Positions 15,703-29,125 of a stretch of 64,000 nt of DNA are shown here, in pieces. The notes under the pieces were generated by a model, which saw only the letters and a program-made list of their open reading frames with translations, did not search any database and had not been told where the DNA came from. The number at the start of each line of letters is the position of its first letter. Positions within the stretch are counted from its first letter, which is position 1. A program made the position numbers and the translations under genes. Source of the DNA: Verrucomicrobia bacterium UBA1629 (GTDB taxonomy: Bacteria > Verrucomicrobiota > Kiritimatiellia > RFP12 > UBA1067); assembly GCA_002321305.1 (NCBI GenBank), contig DCMF01000098.1, positions 28,976 through 92,975 on the forward strand. The letters are read 5' to 3'.

Positions 15703-16336
15703 ATTCCTTCAGCCCGCGCGCGCGCAGCCGGCACGCGGGACACGTCCCGCAGCCGGCGCCGGGCACGCCGTTGTAGCAGGTCACGGTCTCGTTCTTGACG
15801 AGATCGAGGATGCCCAGCCTGTCCGCAAGCGCCCACTCCTCCGCCTTCGTCTTGTGGATGAACGGCGTCTCGATGCGGATCGGGCAGTCGAGCGCGAGGC
15901 GGATCGCCTTCTCCTGCGCGCGGATGAACGCGGCGCGGCAGTCGGGATAGCCGGAGTAGTCCGCCTCCGACACGCCCGTGTAGAGGACGGTCGCGCCAAG
16001 CGTCTTCGCCCACACGGCCGCCGCGAGGAGGAAGAAGGCGTTGCGCCCCTCCACCACGGTCGTCGGACACGTCGCGCCACGCGTGCGCGCGATCTTCATC
16101 GTCGGGTCGAGAAGCGCGTTCGTCGTGAGGTCACGGTAGAAGCCGAACTTCACGACCTTGTGCGCGGCGACGCCGAAGCGCTTCGCAAGGCGCCGCGCGT
16201 ACTTCGTCTCGACCGCATGGCGCTGGCCGTAGGCGAACGTGATGGCGGCGACCTCGTCCGCACCGTACTTCTTCACGGCAAGCGCAAGACACGTCGCGGA
16301 GTCCTGCCCGCCCGAAAGGACAACAATGGCTTTCAC
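15662..16336 (-). CDS. queC: 7-cyano-7-deazaguanine synthase QueC (GTG start).
   Basis: VVLSGGQDSATC PP-loop and a C-terminal Cys cluster CGTCPAC. It overlaps the RluA gene by 41 nt. Confidence 0.9.
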   Translation of the reverse strand: MKAIVVLSGGQDSATCLALAVKKYGADEVAAITFAYGQRHAVETKYARRLAKRFGVAAHKVVKFGFYRDLTTNALLDPTMKIARTRGATCPTTVVEGRNAFFLLAAAVWAKTLGATVLYTGVSEADYSGYPDCRAAFIRAQEKAIRLALDCPIRIETPFIHKTKAEEWALADRLGILDLVKNETVTCYNGVPGAGCGTCPACRLRARGLKEYEDSLRGRGVRRR

Positions 16337-17377
16337 TTACTTCTTCTTCAGGGCGGGGTTGACCGGGGTCGCCTTCACGAGGTCGACGATCTTCTGCGTG
16401 ACGTCCGGGTTGGCCTTCAGGTAGTCGATCGTCGCGAGCGAGCCCTGCGCGAGCTGCGAGTCGCCGAAGGAGAGCCAGCTGCCGCGCTTCTCGACGATGC
16501 CGCGCGATAGCGCCGCGTCGAGGACGCTGCCCTCGTAGGAGATGCCGCACGTGTAGAGGATGTCGAACTCGGCCTCCGTGAACGGCGGCGCGACCTTGTT
16601 CTTCACGACCTTCACGCGCGTGCGGTTGCCGACGACCTGCCCGGCCGTGTTCTTGATCGCGCCGATGCGCTGGACCTGCAGACGGCAGGAGGCGTAGAAC
16701 TTCAGCGCCTTGCCGCCCGGCGTCGTCTCGGGGTTGCCGAACATGACGCCGATCTTCTCGCGCACCTGGTTCGTGAAGATGATGAGCGTCTTCGTCTGCG
16801 CGACGACGGCCGTCAGCTTGCGCATCGCCTGCGACATGAGGCGCGCCTGGAGACCCATGTGGCTGTCGCCCATGTTGCCGTCGATCTCCGCCTGCGGCGT
16901 GAGCGCGGCGACCGAATCGACGACGATCACGTCGAGCGCGCCGGACTTCGCGAGCTGCTCGCAGATCGTCAGCGCCTCTTCGCCGGAGTTCGGCTGCGAG
17001 ACGATGAGGTTGTCGAGATCGACGCCGATCTTCTTCGCGTAGGTCGGGTCGAGCGCGTGCTCCGCGTCGATGAACGCCGCGACGCCGCCCGCCTTCTGGG
17101 CGTTCGCGACGACGTGCAGCGTGAGGGTGGTCTTGCCGGACGACTCCTGTCCGTAGCACTCGACGATGCGTCCGCGCGGGAGGCCGCGGACGCCGAGCGC
17201 GAGGTCGAGCGAGAGCGCGCCCGTCGAGATGACGGGAATCTCCTCGATTTCCTTGTCGCCGAGGCGCATGATCGACATCTCGCCGAATTCCTTGCGGATC
17301 TGGCTCATCACCGCGTCCAGCGCGGTGTTTCCGGTCGATTTCTTCGTTTCAGCCTTTTCTGTCTTCTTCTCTGCCAT
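16337..17377 (-). CDS. recA: Recombinase RecA. The start is at MAEKK, which is Met32 of the track ORF.
   Basis: [20 protein letters not shown] Walker A and [11 protein letters not shown]. The upstream 31 codons of the track ORF lack an RBS and RecA homology. Confidence 0.95.
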   Translation of the reverse strand: MAEKKTEKAETKKSTGNTALDAVMSQIRKEFGEMSIMRLGDKEIEEIPVISTGALSLDLALGVRGLPRGRIVECYGQESSGKTTLTLHVVANAQKAGGVAAFIDAEHALDPTYAKKIGVDLDNLIVSQPNSGEEALTICEQLAKSGALDVIVVDSVAALTPQAEIDGNMGDSHMGLQARLMSQAMRKLTAVVAQTKTLIIFTNQVREKIGVMFGNPETTPGGKALKFYASCRLQVQRIGAIKNTAGQVVGNRTRVKVVKNKVAPPFTEAEFDILYTCGISYEGSVLDAALSRGIVEKRGSWLSFGDSQLAQGSLATIDYLKANPDVTQKIVDLVKATPVNPALKKK

Positions 17378-17397
17378 GATGTTGGTTCTCTTGAGGT

Positions 17398-17472
17398 TTG
17401 AGCGTGAGATTAAAGGGACGCCTGTTGTTGACATGAGAGACGCGAGGGGCTTGAGGGACATGAGGCCCAATC
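17398..17472. repeat. Family D palindromic element (GTGAGGGAC / GAGAGAC motifs), intergenic between recA and the C10 peptidase gene.
   Basis: gagcgtgagattaaagggacgcctgttgttgacatgagagacgcgaggggcttgagggacatgagg. Confidence 0.6.
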
Positions 17473-17477
17473 GCCTT

Positions 17478-20400
17478 TCACTCGATTTCTTTTATTCCTT
17501 CCTTGGCTTCGGCCTTCCAGAACTGCGCGCCGCCGGTCGTGATGACGTTCGTCGTCCAGACCAGGGCGGCGTCCGCCGCCGCCTGTTCCCACGCGCCTGT
17601 CGTGACGAAGCCCTTCGTCAGGTCGTCCGTCGCCAGGAGGCGGTAGTGGCACCACGGCACACGGTTCGTGATCTCCAGCGTCCATTCGGTTTCGGAGACA
17701 CGCGTAATCGCACGGAACGCGATCGGCGTCGGGTAGTTCGTCGTGACGGCAGGCGGGTCGGGCTCCGGCGGATCGACCTTCTCGACAATCGTCAGCGTCG
17801 CCGTCAGGGGGGTGATCGGCTCGTAGTTGGCGGCATCGCCCGTGAACGTCGCCGTGACCGTGTAGCGGCCGACTTCCGTCTTTTCGTTGCCCGGCTGGCT
17901 GTCGCCAGCCTCATCGGCGATCGTATAGGAGACCGTGACGCCCGTCGGCAACGTGCCCGTGATCGCCAGCGACTTGGGCTTGCCGTCATAGGTAAACGTC
18001 TGGCTCGCGAACGCGACGCCGCTCATGTCGTAGACGGCTTTCGCGATTGTCCAGCGGATCGTGCGCGCCGCCGTCGTGCCGTCCGCCCACGCAAAGCCCG
18101 CCTTTGGCGTCGCCGTCGCCGTGTAGGCGCCCGCGTTCGTCTGCGGCTCGCACGCGAAGACGTAGCCGTGGTCGGACGAAAGGCAGACCTTCGCCGTGCC
18201 GTCGTAGACGAAGTTCGTCACGACATTCGCGATGGCCGTCGTCAGGGTCTCGCCGCCCGGCACCGGCTCATAAGTCTTCCCGTTGTCCGTGACCTTGCCG
18301 TCCGCACCGAGCGCGTCGCTCCAGACGAGCAGCGTCTCGCTGTCGCCCGTCACAGCGAGGCCGACGTCACCCGTCAGGTCGTGCGTGAAGTTGTGCGCCG
18401 AGTCGGCGAGCTGCGCGGCCGTGCCGGAGAAGCCCGCCGCGACGCAACCAAAGACGTTCGACGAGACCGTCACGCCCGGCACGTAGCCGACGCGACCGGT
18501 GAACGGCGAGACCAGGAGCAGCGGGGACTTCGTCGCGACATAGAGATTGTTGGGGCTTCCGTCAGTCGCCGTGTTGTCCGTCGCGACAAAGCCGCCGCCA
18601 ATCTCGACCGTCGACTCGTTGCCGATGTAGACGGCACCGCCGAGATCGGACACGCACCCCGTCACCGTGCCGCCCAAGAGCCGCACACGGCTGGACGAGT
18701 CCGCCGCCACCGCGCCGCCGCAGCTGTAGCGCGCGCCTCGGCTCGTGCAGTTGCGGATCTCGGAACCGTCCAGCATCGTCAGCGCACCCTTGTAGACCCT
18801 GATCGCACCGTCCGCGCGTTCGGTGCCGCGCGCCACGTCCCGCACCACCGCGCCGGCGCCGAGCGTCAGTTCGCCGTACTGCACGTCGAAGAGAACGCCC
18901 GTGCCGAAGCGGCCTGCGTCCAGCTCGCCGGAGACCGTCACGTTCTGAACCGTCAGCGCACCGTTCGTCAGCACGGAGAACCGGCACGTCGCCGCGCGGG
19001 AAACGACGAACGGCCCGCCCGCGCCGCTCGTCAGCGTGACGCGCGTCGTCACCGTCACGTCGTCAGCCAAGGCCGTATCCGCCAGGACTTCAACCGTCGC
19101 ATCGCCCGCCACCACGCCGAACGCATCCGCCAAGGAGCCGTAGCAGAGCGACGTGCCGCCCGACGTGACGCGCGCGACGGCGACCGACGGATCGACGGGC
19201 TTGATGCTGCCGTCATCCTTTTTCCACACGAGCGTCTTGTAGTCGTCGCTCGGCACGGCCGCGAGATCCGCGTTCGTGTCGCAGAAAAAACGCGCGCACG
19301 ACTGAAGGATCTTCGCATGGTCGGTAAAGTTCGCCTCCACCGCAAGGAATGCGTTGCCGACCGTCGTGACCGAACGCGCGGCCGAACCGGCACCTCGGAT
19401 GCCGACGGCGCTGCCCGTCTCCAGAAGGCCGGACAGGATGAGCGTGTGCGCCGCCGAAGCCGGCACCCGATAGTAGCTGATGTCGTCTGCGGACGTCTTG
19501 TTCGCGGACGACACAATCACGTTGCCCTGAATCGTCAGGTAGCCGGACAGCCGCACCATGGCCTCCTTGCCCATGTAGACGCCGCCGCCCGCGCTCCGCG
19601 CCCGGCAGTTCGTGATGACCACGCGATCTCGCAAGACGAGTTCGCATGCGCTGTCCTTGAGGTAAATCGCGCCGCCGCAGGAACCCGCCGTGCCGTTGAC
19701 GCAGCCGTCGAAGACGACCGCGCCGCCAGCCGAGCCGACCGTGGCCTTGCCGGACAGCACGGCAATCGCGCCGGAATAGGTGTTCGTGCCCTCGATGTTC
19801 GTGAACGACGTCTCGCCGCCGACCGTCAGTTCGCCGCCGTTGACCAAGAAAAGCGAATCGCCCGTGTAGCCGTCAACCGCGAGATCGCGCACCGTCAGCG
19901 TCGCGTTCGCGCCGACGTCGAAGCCCGCCGCCGCGCCGAACGCGCCAATCGTCACGCCCGCCGTCTCGCCGCGCAGCGTCAGGTTGCCCGTGACCGCAAA
20001 ACGCTTCGTCAGCTCCAGTCCCGCAAGATTGCGGATGACGATCTCGCCCGTCGTGCCGACGGTGCCGGACGTCTGCATGTTCGCGTACTTCTCCAGCAGG
20101 CGGTCGAGCCGCGCCGCCGTGTTCGTCGCGCCGGAAGCGTCCACGAAGTAGCCGGCAGATTCGCTCAGCGGCACGGGAATCTCGCCCCACTTCAGGAAAA
20201 TCTTGCCGCCTTCCGCAACGGCGATGCCGCGCGTCTCGCCGAGCGTGTCGCGGACGTTGGAGATCCGCGCCGCGCAGTTTGAGGCCACGAGGGAATCGCA
20301 GACCGCCGTGCCGAAGACGCCGTTCACGTCCGGCGCGGCCGCGCAGTCAATCGCAAAGCCGTTCGTCAGCTCCGCCGCAAGCACAAAGCCGTCCGACGCC

Positions 20401-22412
20401 GCGGTGCTGACGGCGGCCACCGACGACGGCACGCCGAAGTCCACGCCCGACGCGAGCGCGAGCCGTCCGCCCTCCGCCACCGTGACGGCGGTCGAGGCCT
20501 GCGCGGCGAACGTCACGTTGGAGAGCGCGAGCGTCCCGCCCGCCGCGACCGCCAGCGCGGCGTTGCCGCTGCGGACAACCGGCACCGCCGTGGGGTCTGG
20601 CCCCACGGCCGTCAGCGCGCAGGGGAAGTCGATCGTCGCCGGCGCCGACAGCGGAATCGTCTCAAGGATCTCGACCTGAACGCCCGGCGCACCGGCGGCG
20701 ACAAACGCCTTCGCCGCCGCAAGCGCCTTGTCGAGCGTCGCGTAGACGTTCGTCACCGCGCCAAGAACGATGCGCGCGCGGGGCGCGACGACCTGCACGT
20801 CGTTCCCCCAGGCGTTGCCGACGCTCGTCACGACGGGAATGTCCGTGTACGTCTCAGTCCAGTTGAGGGACGGGTTGATCCGTCCGGAGATGCTCTGCCG
20901 CGCCGACAGCGTCTCGGCGGCGCGGACGCCCGCCCGCCGCTCGACGGGACACCCCGTCTGCTCGATCTCGACGTCATACGCGCCGACCGGCAGGAGGAAC
21001 CCGTAGACGCCGTTCGCCGTCGTCACGCCGTTCGTGACGAGAGTCGTCGTGCCCGCCGCAGAAACGCGCACCGCCGCGCCCGCGAGCGCATTCGTCGAGG
21101 CGTCCACCACGCGGCCCGCAAGCGTCGCCTGCGCCGCGCCGCGCGCCGCCGTCGGGAAGATGTTGAAGACGAGATCGTCAAAGACCGTGAAATGGTAGTC
21201 TCTCGTGTCGATGTCCGGCAGGTTGTACCAGTAGTCGGACTGCCCCGACCAGCCCATGTTGAGGTGAACGTAGACCGTGCCGCCGTTGTAGCCGTAGCCG
21301 TCGCCGACGATCGCGTGCCCGCCGTCGCCGCTGATGCCCATCAGCACCGGGAAGCCCGCGTCGAAGTTCGAGAACATCGCCCGCTGCAGCACGCCCGCGT
21401 TCGCCGAGACCTCGTCCGCACGGTAGTAGGCGGCGTTCGCATACCCGAAGACGCCCGTGAGTGCGTTCGCGACGTTGAACAGGAATGCGCCGCTGCCGCC
21501 CGCCGACCCAAGGTCATAGCCCATGCAGACGGAGATGCCGGCGTCCGACGTGAGCTTGCCGATGGCGTCGCACTGCGCGTCCGTCACGCCGGCCGCCGGC
21601 ACGAGCGGCATGTTCGCCCAGTCGTAGACGCCCGCCTTCGTCGTCAGGTTCGTGACGGACGCGCGCCCGCGCGACGCGGCCTGGACATAGCATTTGCGCG
21701 TGACGGGGGCGACGGAGGCCGTCGGGTAGCCGTGGTAGCGCATGACCTGCGCCATCGCCGTCGCGACGCAGCCGCAGACGGCGTTCTTGCCGTCCGAAAG
21801 CGTCGGCGTGAAGCGGTTGTAGCACGTCTTGCCGTCCGCCACGTCCTGATTCCACTTCGACTGCACAAGCGGACCCGCGCGCAGGTCGCCGAGGCAGGAG
21901 AGGTGCGTCCGCGACGGCTGTCGGATCGTCGCGTCTTCCAGCGCCGCGCCTTCGGCGAGCAAGGCCGCCCACTGGGCGGCGGCGCGCGAGGCAGCGGGCG
22001 TGGCGGCCGTGGCGGCTGCCGACGCGGTGGCGGCCGACGCGGCCACAGGCGAAACGGGCGCCGACGCGCGCACCTCCGCATCGCGGCTCAGGAGCGCCCA
22101 GAGGGGACTCGCCGAATCAATCGCCTCATCGTCCGCCGACTCGCCGGTGAACGCGATGACCGGCTCGCGTTCCGTGTCGGCGGAGAGAAAGACCGTGCCG
22201 CCGCCGCGCATCTTGACCGAATAGAGGGTCGTGCCGTTCGGCAGCGCCTGCGCGGTCGTGCGCGCCACGGCGTCGCCGAGACGCGCACCGAGCGTGCCGC
22301 CGCGCGACACCCACGCGCGCGCAGCGCGCGCGGCCTCGTTGACGGAAACCGGCACGGCCGACGCCTGGAAGACAAGCGACAGCAGCGCCATGAAAAGAAC
22401 GGAACGCTTCAT
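17478..22412 (-). CDS. Giant secreted protein of about 1645 aa. It has an N-terminal signal peptide, a C10 (streptopain/SpeB-like) cysteine peptidase domain, and long Pmp-type (GGA[IV], beta-helix) repeat regions. The start is at [19 protein letters not shown].
   Basis: [17 protein letters not shown] matches the SpeB catalytic Cys motif GCVATATAQIMKYH, with the catalytic His in [13 protein letters not shown]. Pmp-like repeats appear as [19 protein letters not shown] and [12 protein letters not shown]. Confidence 0.8.
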   Translation of the reverse strand: MKRSVLFMALLSLVFQASAVPVSVNEAARAARAWVSRGGTLGARLGDAVARTTAQALPNGTTLYSVKMRGGGTVFLSADTEREPVIAFTGESADDEAIDSASPLWALLSRDAEVRASAPVSPVAASAATASAAATAATPAASRAAAQWAALLAEGAALEDATIRQPSRTHLSCLGDLRAGPLVQSKWNQDVADGKTCYNRFTPTLSDGKNAVCGCVATAMAQVMRYHGYPTASVAPVTRKCYVQAASRGRASVTNLTTKAGVYDWANMPLVPAAGVTDAQCDAIGKLTSDAGISVCMGYDLGSAGGSGAFLFNVANALTGVFGYANAAYYRADEVSANAGVLQRAMFSNFDAGFPVLMGISGDGGHAIVGDGYGYNGGTVYVHLNMGWSGQSDYWYNLPDIDTRDYHFTVFDDLVFNIFPTAARGAAQATLAGRVVDASTNALAGAAVRVSAAGTTTLVTNGVTTANGVYGFLLPVGAYDVEIEQTGCPVERRAGVRAAETLSARQSISGRINPSLNWTETYTDIPVVTSVGNAWGNDVQVVAPRARIVLGAVTNVYATLDKALAAAKAFVAAGAPGVQVEILETIPLSAPATIDFPCALTAVGPDPTAVPVVRSGNAALAVAAGGTLALSNVTFAAQASTAVTVAEGGRLALASGVDFGVPSSVAAVSTAASDGFVLAAELTNGFAIDCAAAPDVNGVFGTAVCDSLVASNCAARISNVRDTLGETRGIAVAEGGKIFLKWGEIPVPLSESAGYFVDASGATNTAARLDRLLEKYANMQTSGTVGTTGEIVIRNLAGLELTKRFAVTGNLTLRGETAGVTIGAFGAAAGFDVGANATLTVRDLAVDGYTGDSLFLVNGGELTVGGETSFTNIEGTNTYSGAIAVLSGKATVGSAGGAVVFDGCVNGTAGSCGGAIYLKDSACELVLRDRVVITNCRARSAGGGVYMGKEAMVRLSGYLTIQGNVIVSSANKTSADDISYYRVPASAAHTLILSGLLETGSAVGIRGAGSAARSVTTVGNAFLAVEANFTDHAKILQSCARFFCDTNADLAAVPSDDYKTLVWKKDDGSIKPVDPSVAVARVTSGGTSLCYGSLADAFGVVAGDATVEVLADTALADDVTVTTRVTLTSGAGGPFVVSRAATCRFSVLTNGALTVQNVTVSGELDAGRFGTGVLFDVQYGELTLGAGAVVRDVARGTERADGAIRVYKGALTMLDGSEIRNCTSRGARYSCGGAVAADSSSRVRLLGGTVTGCVSDLGGAVYIGNESTVEIGGGFVATDNTATDGSPNNLYVATKSPLLLVSPFTGRVGYVPGVTVSSNVFGCVAAGFSGTAAQLADSAHNFTHDLTGDVGLAVTGDSETLLVWSDALGADGKVTDNGKTYEPVPGGETLTTAIANVVTNFVYDGTAKVCLSSDHGYVFACEPQTNAGAYTATATPKAGFAWADGTTAARTIRWTIAKAVYDMSGVAFASQTFTYDGKPKSLAITGTLPTGVTVSYTIADEAGDSQPGNEKTEVGRYTVTATFTGDAANYEPITPLTATLTIVEKVDPPEPDPPAVTTNYPTPIAFRAITRVSETEWTLEITNRVPWCHYRLLATDDLTKGFVTTGAWEQAAADAALVWTTNVITTGGAQFWKAEAKEGIKEIE

Positions 22413-22470
22413 GGACTTTCTCCTATTCAAGATGATCCGAATTATACCAAAAAATGGGCCGTCCCGTGGG
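22413..22470 (-). promoter_or_regulatory. Promoter of the C10-peptidase gene: TTTTTTGGTATAAT extended -10 and AGGAGA RBS.
   Basis: Minus strand reads ggcccaTTTTTTGGTATAATtcggatcatcttgaatAGGAGAaagtccATG. Confidence 0.45.
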
Positions 22471-25734
<3,264 letters not shown>

Positions 25735-26513
25735 TTTCGATCATTTCCTCAAAAGGTTTCAGAAGGCCAAGAATTGGTCAGAAAGCCAAGAATTGGGAAG
25801 TTAGAAAGTGGTATGAAGCGTGGCATGAAGAGTTATATGAAGAGTTGTATGAAATGAAGGCGAGAAGTTAAGGCGAGAAGTTAAGGCTAGACATATAAGA
25901 CTAGAAATTAAAGCAAGAAGTTAAGGCAAGACATAAAGGCTAGAAGTTAAGGCTAGAAGTTTCTGAAAGCTTGATTTTTATTTTGCCATTCGACGGACTC
26001 ATTCCCGCTGCGCGTCCATTCGTCCGTCGCGGCGCGGCGGTTGGACGGACGGGCAGGCATCTGCACACGCCCGTTCCCGCTGCGCGTCCATTCGTCCGTC
26101 GGCAACAGCACGGCGGCGCGGGCCGGGAATCAGGCCGTCTTTCAGGGGGCGCCGCACGTCGACCGTCGCACGAGCGGACGCGCAGCGGGAGTGAGTGCGA
26201 CGGCTGATGAACTTACCTTCCGTCATCTGGCCTCTCCCCTGTCATCTGGTCTCTCCCCGATCATCTGACCTCTGGTCTCTCCCCAGTCATCTGGTCTCTT
26301 CCCAGTCATTTGACCGCTGGACTCTTCCCTGTCATTTGACCTCTTCTCAATCATTTGATCTCTTTCCTCCTTCTCGTCTTCTTCTCCCTCCTTCTCTCTT
26401 CTTCTACCTTCATCTACCCGTCGTCTCTCCGCTTCCCCTTCGCCCTTCCTCTTGTCGCCCCCTCTTCTTTCGGCATCCTCTCCGCCTGCTGAGATCCGCT
26501 TTTCGTCCTCCCT
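25735..26513. repeat. 779-bp intergenic region upstream of uvrA with four distinct repeat blocks. They are paired CCAAGAATTGG boxes, a purine-rich tandem array (AAGGCGAGAAGTT units, about 25850-25965), two 28-bp direct repeats embedded in hairpins (26002-26029 and 26074-26101), and a pyrimidine-rich tandem array (GTCATCTGGTCTCTCCCC units, about 26220-26340).
   Basis: Read directly from the sequence. No convincing ORF, tRNA or CRISPR structure is present. Confidence 0.7.
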
Positions 26514-27410
26514 TCACAGGTTCGGGATGTGATGCGAAAGCTTCTCCGCCAGCACGTCTTCCAGCCGGGCGAAGTCGCGGAAGGAAAGCGAGATCAGCCT
26601 CTTCTTCTCGCGCTGATACAGGATCTGCTTCTTCTGCCGGTTCGCGACATACGCCGGCGTGTCCATCCCCCAATACTCGATGTACAGGTCAAACTCCGGC
26701 AAGTAGAAGTCGGGACGAATCCGGTCGCCGCCCGCAACCATCATGCGCGCGTCATAGCGGTAGGCAATCCCCTTCGCCGCCAGCCAGTCGCCGATGCGCT
26801 TCTCGCCCCGCGACTGCACCGCCACCTCGTCCACCGTCCTCAAGCGCTTCGCCGCCTCGACGTTCGTCTCGAACTGCGCGTCCTCATGCGTCTTCTCCTC
26901 GAAGCAATGAAAGCAGTAGGTCTTGCCGTATTTCGCGCGGCTCCGCATCGCCTCCTCTTCGGAGACGACCCGACGGCAGCGCGTGCACCAGTGCTTCAGG
27001 CGCGCCCGACACTTCTCCTCGGCGGCTTCCGCCGCCGCGATCGCCTCGTTGGCGGCGTCCCGCACATACGCGGGATGGTTCGGATTGCGCACGACATCCC
27101 GCAGGACATCCAGCTGCAGCACCGTCAGCCGGTCCGCGCACTTCCGCAGCGTCTTCAGGAGATACTGCAGGACCTGCGGACGCGCCTCCTTCTCAATCGC
27201 CGCCGTCAGCGGCACGACCAGCAGTCCCCGCAGGTCGGGCGCCCGGTCAACCAGCTTGCCGAGCGCACTGGCCGCCGCGCGCCGCACGGCCGGGAAGGGA
27301 CTCTTCAGCAGCCCTTCCAGCTCCCGCGCGTCGGACGACGAACCCGTCTCGCCGAGCGCGACCGCCCGTGCGCGAAGCGCTTCGGCTTCAGCTGGACGTG
27401 ACACTGCCAC
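26514..27410 (-). CDS. Hypothetical protein with N-terminal HEAT-like repeats, a central zinc ribbon (CTRCRR...CFHCFEEK), and a C-terminal DUF559/Vsr-like PD-(D/E)xK endonuclease-like domain.
   Basis: The C-terminal region reads GEKRIGDWLAAKGIAYRYDARMMVAGGDRIRPDFYLPEFDLYIEYWG...QKKQILYQREKKRLISLSFRDF. This matches the DUF559 pattern (E..L...G..f.r......DF.lP...l.IE.dG). Confidence 0.55.
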   Translation of the reverse strand: MAVSRPAEAEALRARAVALGETGSSSDARELEGLLKSPFPAVRRAAASALGKLVDRAPDLRGLLVVPLTAAIEKEARPQVLQYLLKTLRKCADRLTVLQLDVLRDVVRNPNHPAYVRDAANEAIAAAEAAEEKCRARLKHWCTRCRRVVSEEEAMRSRAKYGKTYCFHCFEEKTHEDAQFETNVEAAKRLRTVDEVAVQSRGEKRIGDWLAAKGIAYRYDARMMVAGGDRIRPDFYLPEFDLYIEYWGMDTPAYVANRQKKQILYQREKKRLISLSFRDFARLEDVLAEKLSHHIPNL

Positions 27411-27425
27411 GGGCCCCGCCCCCGC

Positions 27426-29003
27426 CTACAGGTTCTTGTTCACGTCGAGCGCGAGCAGGAACTCCGGGTTCGACTTCGTCTTCTTCAGCGAGTTCAGGAC
27501 CGAGCGCATCGCCGATTCTGGACCCGCCGCCGCGAGGATGCGCCGCATGCCCCACGTCTTCTCCAGCTCCATCGGGTCCAGCAGGAGGTCTTCCTTGCGC
27601 GTGCCCGACTTCTCGATGTCGATGGCCGGGTAGATGCGCTTGTCCGCCAGGCCGCGGTCCAGCACGATCTCCATGTTGCCCGTGCCCTTGAACTCCTCGA
27701 AGATGACCTCGTCCATGCGCGAGCCGGTGTCCACGAGGCCCGTCGCGATGATCGTCAGCGACCCGCCGCCCTCGATGTTGCGCGCCGCGCCGAAGAAGCG
27801 CTTCGGACGGTGCATCGCCAGCGCGTCCACGCCGCCCGTCAGGATCTTGCCGGAGTGCGGCTGGACGGTGTTGTAGGCGCGCGCCATGCGCGTGATCGAG
27901 TCCATGAGGATGATGACGTCCTTGCCGTTCTCGACCTGGCGCTTCGAGAACTCCAGCACCATCTCCGTCACGTTGACGTGGTGCTGCGGCTCCTCGTCGA
28001 ACGTCGAGGACAGCACCATCGCCTTCGTGTTGCGCTGCATGTCCGTCACCTCCTCCGGCCGCTCGTCGATGAGCAGGATGATGAGGATCGCCTCCGGGTA
28101 GTTCTTCGAGATCGCGTTCGCCATCTTCTGCAGGAGGACGGTCTTGCCGACGCGCGGCGGCGCGATGATGAGGCCGCGCTGGCCGAAGCCGATCGGCGTG
28201 AAGAGGTCGATGACGCGCGTCGAGAACTCCTTCGGGTCGGTCTCCAGCAGGATGCGCCGCGTCGGGAAGGTCGCCGTCAGGTTCTCGAAGTGGATGACGC
28301 GCGCGGCGACGGACGGCTCCTTGCCGTTCACCGTCTGCACGTTGCCGAGGCAGAAGAAGCGGTCCTTGTCGCGCGGGTCGCGGATCGGGCCCTCGATGAG
28401 GTCTCCCGTGCGGAGCGCGTGGCGGCGGATCTGCTGCTGCGTGACGAACACGTCCTCCGGGCAGGCGAGGAAGTTGTTCTTCGCCGACCGCAGGAAGCCA
28501 TGGCCCTCGCGCACGATCTCCAGGCAGCCCGACGCCAGGACGGCGCCGCCCTGCTGGAGGTACTGGCGGATCGCCGCGAAGATGAGCTCGTGCTTGCGGT
28601 AGGTGCCAAGCTCTTCCGGATCGGCCCCCGGCATCATGCGCTCGACGATGACCGGCGCGGGCCACGTCTGGATGTCGGCGAGGCGGTATTCGGGCATCTC
28701 CGGGTTGCGGTGCGGATTCGCCGGCGCGGACTCGGTCGCCTTCGGCTCCGTCGGCAGCGGCGCGTTGAGGAGCGGGTTCACCGACTCCTCGCCGTTCGCG
28801 CCGCGAATGGGCGAGCTGTTCTGCCGCGCGCCGCCGTTGCCGCCGCGATTGAAGTTGCCGCGATTCTTGCCGAAGAACTTCTTCTTCGGCGGATTCTGCT
28901 TCTGCGCGGGCGCGGCGTTTCCGTTCGGATTGCCGCCGTTGCCTTGGTTCTGCTGCTTGGAGGCTTTCATCGCCCCCGCGAATACGTCTAGTTCGTCGGA
29001 CAT
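27426..29003 (-). CDS. rho: Transcription termination factor Rho with a Gly/Asn/Gln-rich N-terminal extension.
   Basis: Walker [18 protein letters not shown], the RNA-binding CSD region, and a conserved C-terminus. 525 aa. Confidence 0.95.
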   Translation of the reverse strand: MSDELDVFAGAMKASKQQNQGNGGNPNGNAAPAQKQNPPKKKFFGKNRGNFNRGGNGGARQNSSPIRGANGEESVNPLLNAPLPTEPKATESAPANPHRNPEMPEYRLADIQTWPAPVIVERMMPGADPEELGTYRKHELIFAAIRQYLQQGGAVLASGCLEIVREGHGFLRSAKNNFLACPEDVFVTQQQIRRHALRTGDLIEGPIRDPRDKDRFFCLGNVQTVNGKEPSVAARVIHFENLTATFPTRRILLETDPKEFSTRVIDLFTPIGFGQRGLIIAPPRVGKTVLLQKMANAISKNYPEAILIILLIDERPEEVTDMQRNTKAMVLSSTFDEEPQHHVNVTEMVLEFSKRQVENGKDVIILMDSITRMARAYNTVQPHSGKILTGGVDALAMHRPKRFFGAARNIEGGGSLTIIATGLVDTGSRMDEVIFEEFKGTGNMEIVLDRGLADKRIYPAIDIEKSGTRKEDLLLDPMELEKTWGMRRILAAAGPESAMRSVLNSLKKTKSNPEFLLALDVNKNL

Positions 29004-29125
29004 GATGAGATGTGAGAGGTGAGGGATGAGATGTGAGAAGTGAGGGATGAGGGATGGGAGGTGAGAAGTGAGGGATGAGAGGTGGGAGGTGAGAAGTGAG
29101 GGGTGGGAGGTGAGGGATGGGGTGT
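29004..29125. repeat. Family C heptamer minisatellite (GTGAGGG / ATGAGAA / GTGGGAG units), intergenic between rho and coaE.
   Basis: gatgagatgtgagaggtgagggatgagatgtgagaagtgagggatgagggatgggaggtgagaagtgagggatgagaggtgggaggtgagaagtgaggggtgggaggtgagggatgggg. Confidence 0.8.

Noticed and set aside
17378-17470. N-terminal 31-codon extension of recA in the track ORF. The same applies to extensions on the C10 peptidase (22413..22502), giant protein 2 (54353..54466), giant protein 3 (63815..63976), and the secreted protein (38000..38044).
   Set aside because: The extensions lack RBS support, overlap upstream genes or repeats, and precede an internal Met that begins a canonical N-terminus or signal peptide.
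17398-17472. Searched the recA upstream region for a LexA box.
   Set aside because: No palindrome matching known LexA consensus sequences was found. The region is dominated by a family D repeat, and only a weak GTCAAC...TAATCT promoter-like pair could be seen.
26002-26101. Two 28-bp direct repeats with a 44-bp spacer that could be read as a mini-CRISPR.
   Set aside because: There are only two copies. The repeats sit inside larger hairpins (CGACGGAC...GTCCGTCG) and are flanked by unrelated tandem arrays. No cas genes are in the window.
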